54,619 nt of DNA from Pedosphaera sp. (GTDB taxonomy: Bacteria; Verrucomicrobiota; Verrucomicrobiia; Limisphaerales; SIBH01). The stretch covers positions 1 through 54,619 of the forward strand of contig JANOQV010000084.1 in NCBI GenBank assembly GCA_031414955.1. The letters run 5' to 3'. Below are positions 49,201 to 54,619 of this stretch, one piece after another (the first letter of the stretch is position 1; each line of letters starts with the position of its first letter). A program made the translations under genes and the position numbers. The notes below the pieces were generated by a model. The model was not told where the DNA came from and did no database searches. It worked only from the letters and a program-made list of their open reading frames with translations.

Positions 49201-50719
49201 GATGGACCGTGAGCACGAAGCTGGTGCTCGCGCTGTTCGTGCCGTCGCTGACGGTCAAGGTGATGAGCGCCGTGCCGTGCGCGTCCGGGGCCGGGTTCAC
49301 GAGAACCGTGCGATTGCTGCCGCTGCCGCTGAAGGTGATGCGGTTGGTGGGCACGAGCGCCGGATTCGAGGATCCGCCGGCCAGCGTCAAGTTGCCCGCC
49401 AACGTCTCCACATCGCCCACGGTGAAACTCAGCGGGCTGGTCGCCGCGTCCTCGTTGATGGATTGATCCGCGACCGGCGTGATGACCGGCGCATCATTCA
49501 CCGGCAGCACCGTGAGCAGGAAATTCGCGCTCGTGTAGTTGGTGCCGTCGCTGACCGTGAGCGTGATGGCGGTCGTGCCGCTGCGATTGGCCACGGGTGT
49601 GACGACGACCGTGCGATTGCTGCCACTGCCCCCGAAAACAATGTTCTCCATCGGCACGAGAGACGGATTCGCGGCGGCCTGGCTCAAGGTTAGATTGGCG
49701 GCGGGAGTTTCCGCGTCGCTCACTGTGAAATTCAGAATCGCCGTGGTGCCATCCTCGTTGATCGTCTGATTCGCCACTCCGGAGATCACCGGAGGCACAC
49801 CACCCGCTGAGAAGGTGGTCAAGGTCAGACTCCAGCCACCGGCGAAACTTCCCCGGTCCCCCGGCCCGCCGTCGAAAACGTAGAGCGACCAGGTTCCGTT
49901 GTAGGGCTGCCCGTGGAAGACCGCGAAGTTGGTTCCGTAAGGTGCGGCGGGCGCGGGCGCGGGAAAAATCTCGGCCGGCAGAAAGTTTCCCGGCTGATAG
50001 GCCGTGTTGTTGAGCAAGGGATTCAACGGCAGCGCCAGAGCCGCCGAGTCCGCGAGCGTGAAGGTCACGTTGTTTACTCCGCCGTTGCCCGCATCCGAGC
50101 AGAGGATCAACGCCTGCCCGCCCGGTCCGACCAGCAGCACGTCGATATCGCGCGTCCAGGTGTGGGTCAGGTTGCGCAAGGTCACAGTCACGTTGCCCAA
50201 AGTTCCGTCCAGACCGGCCACGTTGATCACCGAGGGATAAGGAGCCGACGCGCCCGAATCCGGGATGACGATGGAAGTCGTGTTGGTGAAGGAACGCGGG
50301 CCGAAGCCGGCGGGCACCGGGTTGGTGATAGTCAACACACCGTTGAAGTGGGTGATGTCGTAATCCGCGTCAGCCGCGCCGCCCGCCTCGATGGCGTAGG
50401 TGCCGGCGGGACTGTTGCTCGTCGCCGCCGTGAACAAGGTCACGGCCACGTCGAGATTCGAGACCGTATCGCCGTTAACGAAGCCCGAGTAAGTCGCAGA
50501 GAGCGGCGGATTGGTCTGGCCAATCGACCGGCTCTTGTTGTCCGCCGTGATGGCCAGCGGAAAACCGGCCGCTTCCGCCGCACGCTCCAGCGAAAGGCCG
50601 AACAGCAACCCCACCCCCAGCGCAAGCAGGGTGAGGAAATGGGAACGCGCCAAGTGAGCCGGCTCAAGATCACGACCTGGGCCGGCGGCGAAGGAACACC
50701 TTCCTGTTGTGCTGGTCAT
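43283..50719 (-). CDS. Giant surface protein (2478 aa): MBG-like, proprotein-convertase P-like domain, 15 Ig/cadherin-like repeats, embedded DUF5060/DUF4038-like glycoside hydrolase module
   Basis: N-terminal hydrophobic segment; ITADNKSR..G..NP...YSGFVNGD (MBG); LTHTW..DIDVLLVGP...NGTWSLYV...GWSL (P-domain); ~101-aa repeats; RWGRFE...FWGFHDG..WRMRFMPDQLG.W (DUF5060) through WINAQ...DWL. Confidence 0.88.
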   Translation of the reverse strand: MTSTTGRCSFAAGPGRDLEPAHLARSHFLTLLALGVGLLFGLSLERAAEAAGFPLAITADNKSRSIGQTNPPLSATYSGFVNGDTVSNLDVAVTLFTAATSNSPAGTYAIEAGGAADADYDITHFNGVLTITNPVPAGFGPRSFTNTTSIVIPDSGASAPYPSVINVAGLDGTLGNVTVTLRNLTHTWTRDIDVLLVGPGGQALILCSDAGNGGVNNVTFTLADSAALALPLNPLLNNTAYQPGNFLPAEIFPAPAPAAPYGTNFAVFHGQPYNGTWSLYVFDGGPGDRGSFAGGWSLTLTTFSAGGVPPVISGVANQTINEDGTTAILNFTVSDAETPAANLTLSQAAANPSLVPMENIVFGGSGSNRTVVVTPVANRSGTTAITLTVSDGTNYTSANFLLTVLPVNDAPVITPVADQSINEDAATSPLSFTVGDVETLAGNLTLAGGSSNPALVPTNRITFSGSGSNRTVLVNPAPDAHGTALITLTVSDGTNSASTSFVLTVHPLPDLPTIASVADQVISEDGVAGPLSVLVNSVDLGPQNLTLRAGSSNPALVPTNSIVFGGSGSNRTATLAPMAEAHGTAVITLTVSDGTNSASANFLLTVQPVNDVPLITSPADLSVNEDAFAGPVFFNVGDVETPPSNLVMSASSSNLLLLPVSRIVLAGSGSNRFAILTPVADAYGSSQITLTVRDGTNSTSTSFLLTVNPVNDAPSLATVDAQSIDEDGATGFLNFTVGDGETPAASLTLSGLSSNPALVPTNQIVFGGSGSNRTVRVTPQPDANGTVTLTLRVSDGTNVSSTSFLLTVRPVNDVPFLTGFDGLLTNNQDTVLGPLPFAVGDMETSAENLVVSGGSSNPLLVPTGNIVFGGGSSNRTVSVTPAAGEIGLVTITLTVSDGTNSASTNFLLRIKPVNLRPTLTGVADQSIVEDGGAGPLNFTVADEESPAGSLVVTGGSSNPALAPTNNILFGGSGSNRTVTVVPALNQHGVTTIFLTVSDGTNSLTTNFVLTVSPVNDMPTITGIGPQVIAEDNIAGPLAFTVGDVETSPEDLVVTGASSNPELVPVGNMVFSGDGSNRTVNVTPVANGSGTALITMTVSDGTNRVKKSFLLTVNAVNDPPTLTGVGDQVIDEDDLAGPLELVVSDVETPAAGLVLSAASSNPALIPTNRIVFDGSGSNRTVMLSPLPLASGTAMITLAVSDGTNVTSTNFLLTVVARNYSPTITGPGAQQINEDGAAGPLAVVIGDVETAAADLSVNAVSSNPALVPVNQIVFGGSGSNRTVTVTPAAQASGLAYIILFVTDGTNSASTFFLLTVLPVNDPPVLAGLTNVVINEDAVAGPLPFVMADVETLADDLTLEVESSNLALVPLANIFLNGGGSNRTLTLVPLAETSGSTVITLTVSDGTNLVSTNFLLTVNTINDAPTISGVPNQTIIEDTATEVLAVLIGDAETPAGELALSGDSSNPTLVPVANIVFGGSGSNRTVLVTPVPDASGLATITLTVSDGTNNTSTSFLLDVTRGPVTNYVARWGRFEAAITNETAYADPYRDVTLNVTYTKPDASTVNFWGFHDGSNTWRMRFMPDQLGWWNYTASFSDGSLSTTGQFLCVVSDIPGLIGADETNPQWFGFKGGGQRLVRSFHVGDRFFAANWPATNRTAFLDWAQGQGYNMLAIGSFYLNRNANGRGQGWNTPDLWDGGTHSLKANEYQKMEAILDDLANRKMVVFPFAGFFGKSSDFPTNHIDQELYLRYTLARVGPYWNMVFNVAGPEPLYATDVALFQNAMGMTNLTRLGNLVKSLDVFGHLVSDHNVTGENAFKDELWEDFTTLQGPKTLNRQALSAGLLEAHTNQPLYAIEALWPGNTLGHPAYSNTDIRKNGFVIMMSAAALNFGDMNGTSSSGFSGSLDLAEKIQSRHDIIKQVWDFFETQTFQRMRPRQDLVNNGFCLAEPGHQYLVYLQSHGSVSISFSNGPYAVTWINAQNPQDRRVTNNTLNGLNLAPPPDGDDWLVHLVALAPTITGVPAQTIDEDGATAVQFFTVDDLHVPAAALTMSAGSSHPSLVPTNQIVFGGSGSNRSVTVTPLPNAFGVVNIILTVSNGTNSTSTSFPLTINPVDDPPTITGLDDQWLNEDSSTQPLSLLVGDLDTAAAGLTLSAASSNPYLLPTNRIVFGGSGSNRTVTVTPAANVSGTATITVTLRDATNSASTSFLLNVQAVEDAPTILGLSELTLDEDAVAGPLIVVVGDAETAADDLWLDSLSSNPGLVPTNQIVFGGSGSNRTVTVTPAADAHGTAVITLVVSDGTNTTSASFLLTVNPVNDAPRLGPMTNCLANVGEWLWVTNQAVDVDGPEQTMTFALLDSPEGAALDPINGVFAWRPIQAQVGTTNLVVWMVADSGVPALGATQSFNVIVRPLQAITVTQVLVNNDEVTLQVGGNAGVSYTVQASEDLADWTDLFTTNAPAASFPCTVTNVAGFPRRFFRILLGP
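46165..49795 (-). repeat. 12 tandem ~303-bp coding repeats (Ig/cadherin-like domains)
   Basis: Unit P-x-I...ED...D-x-ET...SSNP-x-LVP...GSGSNRT...TVSDGTN...F-x-LTV..VND counted 12 times; three more copies at ~43785-44693. Confidence 0.88.
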
Positions 50720-51045
50720 CCGTCCTGAATCTGAATGTCTGTCGTTACCGAACCGGAGCGGCGTTGTTATCCCTCAATTTCAGGGCAAAATCCAGAGGTA
50801 TCCTCGATTCTGCCGTGGGAGGGTGGGTGAAACTTTTGTCATAAAGCCAAGGAGAGCCGCACGGCGGGCGGCCCTGGCTTCAGATAACCTCCAGCCAGGT
50901 GCTCAAACCACAACTGTCCCTCGGGGGGAAGCCCCACCTGGAACACTCCCACCCTTCCCCACCTTGGTTCTGCAACGTGCAGATGGAGTGATCCGCGCGG
51001 GGCAGAGCAGGCCCGCCCCGCCTGGGCCTAGTCTCCCGCGTCGGC

Positions 51046-51225
51046 TCAGACTTGCCCGGTCTTGGTGTGAACGCCGAGTTGGGTCAGCCAGATGCCACCC
51101 GACTTGTCCGTGCGCTGGATGAGCTTCTTTTTCAGCAATTCCACAATCTGCTCCTCGGTGATGTGGGGCACGCTGGCGACGACCTGGAGATCCCGGAGAC
51201 AGGAATAGATTTCGTTTGCACTCAT
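51046..51225 (-). CDS. Small hypothetical protein (59 aa), possible winged-helix fragment
   Basis: MSANEIYSCLRDLQ...IVELLKKKLIQR...IWLTQLG; composition unlike the Arg/Pro/Ala-rich shadow ORFs; divergent from the receiver gene. Confidence 0.5.
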   Translation of the reverse strand: MSANEIYSCLRDLQVVASVPHITEEQIVELLKKKLIQRTDKSGGIWLTQLGVHTKTGQV

Positions 51226-51383
51226 GAGCCAGTGTCTGGGATTTCGCCCCAAGCACCTAACCTTATCAGCAACTATAGTCGGCGACCCTCACGTCGGGAG
51301 AGGAAGAACTGTTTGTGCCCCACCCCCATGTCCCCACGTTCGACAATTCAAGGCTGTCGCCAGATTGCCGATAGGAGGCGACG

Positions 51384-51791
51384 ATGAACTTGGGTGCCCC
51401 GGTGCTTATTATTGACGACGATCCCGCCTTGAGCGAAGCGGTGCGGGAAATTCTTGCCTCCGTCGGGCAGCCTGCGGCCGTGGCGCGCAACGCCTTTCAC
51501 GGCCTGAAACTGGCGCGTGAACTGAAGCCGGCCGTGGTGTTGTGCGACATGTTCATGCCAGACATGGCCGGCTCGGATGTCTTCCGCGAACTGGCCGCCG
51601 ACCCGGCCACGGCCCGCATCCCGCGCGTGATGATGAGCGGCCAGCCTAATCCAGATCCTTCGTTGGCCGACGGCTTTATCCCCAAGCCCTTCGATCCTTT
51701 CCTCATGTTGAAGCTGTTGCAGCAAATGACCTCGTTGCCCAGGACGACGCGGCGGCAGATCGCGCCCTTGGCTGCGGATTGGAGAGGTTGA
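51384..51791 (+). CDS. Single-domain response regulator (receiver domain)
   Basis: VLIIDDD, VVLCDMFMPDMAG (phospho-acceptor Asp), MMSG, FIPKPF; SD AGGAGG upstream. Confidence 0.9.
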   Translation: MNLGAPVLIIDDDPALSEAVREILASVGQPAAVARNAFHGLKLARELKPAVVLCDMFMPDMAGSDVFRELAADPATARIPRVMMSGQPNPDPSLADGFIPKPFDPFLMLKLLQQMTSLPRTTRRQIAPLAADWRG

Positions 51792-51827
51792 GCACAGCCA
51801 GACCGATCCGGCACCGGAGAGATTTCT

Positions 51828-53504
51828 TCACCACGAGAACTGCAGGAGCGACACGCCCTGGCGCGGGAGCTTGAACTTCACCGTGCTCGCGCCGTCATTC
51901 ACGCGTACGATTTGCGCTTCACCCAGCGTGGCGAGGTGTCCGGCTTTCTCCAGTTGCGCGTACTGCGCGGCCGTCGGTGCTTGCGGTGAACCCATGCGCT
52001 TCCACACGGTGAAGGCGTTGCTGTGGTCTTCATCGATGCGGAAGTGCTCGAGCCGCGCCCCGCCCTGCGCCGCGACCAGGCCACTCAGGTTCAATTCCAC
52101 CTCGGCCTCCGGCCCCACCACGTCATCATCGTGATAATGCCACACCAGCACGCTCATCTGGTTGCCGTCGAGACTGGCCAGCGCGGCAATGTCCGGCTGG
52201 ACGCGCACCCCGCGCCGCATCATGTCATCCAGGGTGAGAGAGCCGCTGCTCTCGGCGGCGAGGCGTTGACCGCGCATTTTGGCGAACATGCGGAAGACAT
52301 TGAGCACCGGCTTGTCGATGCCGTTGCTGGCCAGCGAACGGAAGCCGGCGAAGTAGGGCTGGTCCTCGAACTCGAAGGCCCAGGTCAGCGCGCCTTCAAG
52401 ATTCACGCCATGGCGGTCAGCCAAATCGTGTTTGCGCGCGAAGCTCGCCGCCGTGTAGCTCGAATACATCGTGCCGTTGCGGTAGGCGAGTTGCGACCCC
52501 TGACAGGCCGCGCAGCCTTCGGGATCGGACTCCCCGATCACGATGGGCTTGCTCTTCAACTCCGGATACGACGCCACGATGCGAAATCCGTCGTCGATGT
52601 TGCGCAATTGATTCGCGATGCCCATCCGCACATGACCGTTGGTCGTGACCGGCGATCCCTTGGCGTGGAACGAGATGAAGTCGATAGGTGTGCCGATCCT
52701 GCCCGTGGCGAAATTAGTCCCGCGCAAACAGTGCTCGAGGAAATCACGGGTGAACTTGCCGCCGCTGCCCGCCGTGTCCGCGCCGCCGACCCGCGCGGTG
52801 GGCAACGCGCGCTTCACACCGTCGATGGCGTAGTCGTGCAGCTTGCGGAACTCCGCCGGCGTGCCGCGCCAGTAGCCGATGTTCGGCTCGTTCCAGACTT
52901 CCCAATACCAAGACTCCACTTCGGCCCGCCCGTATTTCTCCACGCAATGCTTCGTCCACTCGAACGCCAGTTCACGCCACTTGTCATAGTCCTTCGGAGG
53001 ATACGCCCAGCCCGTGTAAATCTCGTCGTAGCGCGCGCGGGGCGTCCACTTGTGCTGGTAAGGCTCGGGCTTGGTGGACATTGCCTTGGGCATGAAACCG
53101 ATTTGCGCGTAAGGCCGCACTCCGCGCGCGAGATACGTGTCGAAGATGCGATCCACGATGGTCCAGTCGTAGAGCGGTTTGCCCTCCGCATCCTCCCGAT
53201 AAGCGCCGGTCGAACCCCACTTCAAAGCCGGCGTGCCGTCGCCGGAGGTGAGCAAATTGTGCGCTCGGAAGAAAACCTGTTTCGGGGCCAGCTCGCCCAA
53301 CTCGGCGATGAGCTTGCGCCCATTCGTCATGTAGGCGTAGTTCGGCTCATCCGCGCCGAAGAAGCGCCAGATGGGTTTTAAGCCGCCCACCGGCTTCGCG
53401 GCATCGACGCGGATACGGACCGGAATGGATTCCGCCGCCACCACGTTCAGCGCCGCGAGGAGCAGGATGGCGCACCGCACGTTCCATTCAAATCGCAGTC
53501 TCAT
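51828..53504 (-). CDS. Glycoside hydrolase family 39 (beta-xylosidase-like), exported
   Basis: IWRFFGADEPNY, RAHNLL, WAYPPKDY, WEVWNEP (acid/base), FISFHAKG, IGESDP (nucleophile region), LTWAFEFE, IDKPVLN; signal peptide; start approximate. Confidence 0.9.
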   Translation of the reverse strand: MRLRFEWNVRCAILLLAALNVVAAESIPVRIRVDAAKPVGGLKPIWRFFGADEPNYAYMTNGRKLIAELGELAPKQVFFRAHNLLTSGDGTPALKWGSTGAYREDAEGKPLYDWTIVDRIFDTYLARGVRPYAQIGFMPKAMSTKPEPYQHKWTPRARYDEIYTGWAYPPKDYDKWRELAFEWTKHCVEKYGRAEVESWYWEVWNEPNIGYWRGTPAEFRKLHDYAIDGVKRALPTARVGGADTAGSGGKFTRDFLEHCLRGTNFATGRIGTPIDFISFHAKGSPVTTNGHVRMGIANQLRNIDDGFRIVASYPELKSKPIVIGESDPEGCAACQGSQLAYRNGTMYSSYTAASFARKHDLADRHGVNLEGALTWAFEFEDQPYFAGFRSLASNGIDKPVLNVFRMFAKMRGQRLAAESSGSLTLDDMMRRGVRVQPDIAALASLDGNQMSVLVWHYHDDDVVGPEAEVELNLSGLVAAQGGARLEHFRIDEDHSNAFTVWKRMGSPQAPTAAQYAQLEKAGHLATLGEAQIVRVNDGASTVKFKLPRQGVSLLQFSW

Positions 53505-53611
53505 CCGCGGAGGCTGGCGGAACCGGCCCCGATTACAATCCCACAATCCGACATAGAGCGCGGACCTCTGATCCACAGGCTCCAAAGCCGCCGGGAGTTG
53601 CCCCTCCCACT

Positions 53612-54223
53612 TCACGGAATCAGCGACAGTTGCCGGTCAACGCTGCGGAGCAAATCCTGATGCTCGCCCTGTTTCTTTGCGAGCGCCTGCTTTTGTTCCA
53701 CGAGCCGGTTGTATTCCTGCCGCTCGATCGAGCGAGGCCGCCGCGCCGCCTTGCTCCAGGCCAGCGCGATCTGCTGGTCGAGCAGCACCATCTCCCGTTC
53801 GAGCACCTCCAGCCGCTCTTTCACCGACTGCCGCTGCCGCAGCAGCGTGTGTTTGTACTCCTGATTGGCCTGTCCCTGCCGCTCGCGCAAGCGCCGGGCG
53901 CGCTCCTGGCGTTCCACCTCCTGCTGGCGCTCGTATTCCGCCGCCGCTTTGCAGTCATAGGGGAAGAGTGCGGCCAGTTCCGGCGGCAGGTTCTTGCGGT
54001 CGCACTGCGAACCACCACCGTCATAAAGCACGATCACGCTGACCGGCGTGACCTTGGACACACGCACGTTCTTCACCTCCGTGCCGTTGAGGTTGAGCTT
54101 GTCGAACAAGATTTTCTCCACGCCTGCGGCCGTGAAGGACGCCAGGGCCATCAGCGCCGTGAGCGCGAGGACCACGAACTGTTTCACCGAATGATGGAGG
54201 CCATTTGTTTTCATAAGTTTCAT
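53612..54223 (-). CDS. Hypothetical exported protein with small beta domain and C-terminal coiled coil
   Basis: Signal peptide; NGTEVKNVRVSKVTP...LPPEL...PYD motif; Glu/Gln/Arg-rich heptad helix. Confidence 0.7.
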   Translation of the reverse strand: MKLMKTNGLHHSVKQFVVLALTALMALASFTAAGVEKILFDKLNLNGTEVKNVRVSKVTPVSVIVLYDGGGSQCDRKNLPPELAALFPYDCKAAAEYERQQEVERQERARRLRERQGQANQEYKHTLLRQRQSVKERLEVLEREMVLLDQQIALAWSKAARRPRSIERQEYNRLVEQKQALAKKQGEHQDLLRSVDRQLSLIP

Positions 54224-54309
54224 TTTGTTTCCAGCCGCACCGGCTGTTCACCAAGACATGCGGAGTGGCGAAGCTGTTTGGGCCAAAAATTTTGAGGGAA
54301 TTTTTGAAC

Positions 54310-54339
54310 CGCTGATGGACGCTGATAAACGCTGATGGA
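54310..54339. repeat. Three tandem 10-mers (CGCTGATGGA/CGCTGATAAA)
   Basis: cgctgatgga cgctgataaa cgctgatgga. Confidence 0.65.
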
Positions 54340-54350
54340 AAACCGGCGGG

Positions 54351-54492
54351 CAGCACAGGCAACCTGCCTGTGCCGTCGGGCTACCAGCCCGACGGAATGG
54401 GAGAGGCCACGAAACTTTTCAAGCGCGCCGAGCTTGCGGACGTCGCACCCGTTTCGTCCGGCTGGTAGCCGAGACGAGACGGGCTGGTAGCC
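54351..54492. repeat. Composite REP-like palindromic element
   Basis: Hairpins GCACAGGCAACCTGCCTGTGC and CCGTCGGGCTACCAGCCCGACGG, with inverted partners CGTCCGGCTGGTAGCCGAGACG and ACGGGCTGGTAGCC. Confidence 0.7.
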
Positions 54493-54619
54493 AATAGTGT
54501 TCGGCATGGCGGTGGCCGACCGGGGCGGCGGGGTGGTCTTTGGGGAAGGCGAGTTTGGTCGCGGCGGGGGGATCGAAGGAAGCCGCCGCGCGGCGGGCGG
54601 CTTCCGGGCAAGCGCGGCC

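Noticed and set aside
46165..49795. Regular ~303-bp DNA periodicity as a possible CRISPR array or satellite
   Set aside because: The period equals the ~101-aa protein repeat; units are degenerate, with no identical short repeats separated by unique spacers and no cas genes.
1..54619. tRNA/rRNA genes, transposases, integrases, prophage or defence systems
   Set aside because: No cloverleaf/T-loop signatures, rRNA-like stretches or relevant protein motifs were recognised; nearly all sequence is explained by the listed genes and short repeats.

Overview
A GC-rich bacterial chromosomal segment, most likely Verrucomicrobiota of the Pedosphaera/Limisphaerales type (inferred from a PVC-type heme-binding protein, His6-type HisA, MqnD and the style of the exported proteins). 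It holds about 38 CDSs. Housekeeping and envelope genes: FKBP PPIase, MsbA-like ABC exporter, hisA, tdh with a divergent XRE-cupin regulator, a tandem thymidylate-kinase-like pair, infC, tolQ-tolR-tolA-tolB-pal-pal followed by lptF/G, GT2 and an ArnT-like GT-C, mqnD and copA. Exported glycan/protein-processing enzymes: M60-like peptidase, sulfatase, metzincin-META fusion, BNR sialidase-like protein, sialate O-acetylesterase, GH39 and two DUF4038/GH140-like proteins, one embedded in a 2478-aa protein with 15 Ig/cadherin-like repeats. I saw no rRNA, tRNA, CRISPR array, transposase or integrase. Most notable: (1) the coupled TMPK-fold pair with one degenerate P-loop, a candidate bacterial heteromeric polyphosphate kinase; (2) a shared C-terminal motif on unrelated giant exported proteins, a candidate sorting signal; (3) several palindromic repeat families, including heptamer-array palindromes that share architecture but not sequence, with repeats lying in frame inside three genes; (4) a ~440-bp low-GC, codon-atypical patch inside one GC-rich gene; (5) Thr-Asn enrichment in exported proteins, in a window that also encodes a GT2/GT-C pair. 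All family assignments come from motif recognition, not database searches.
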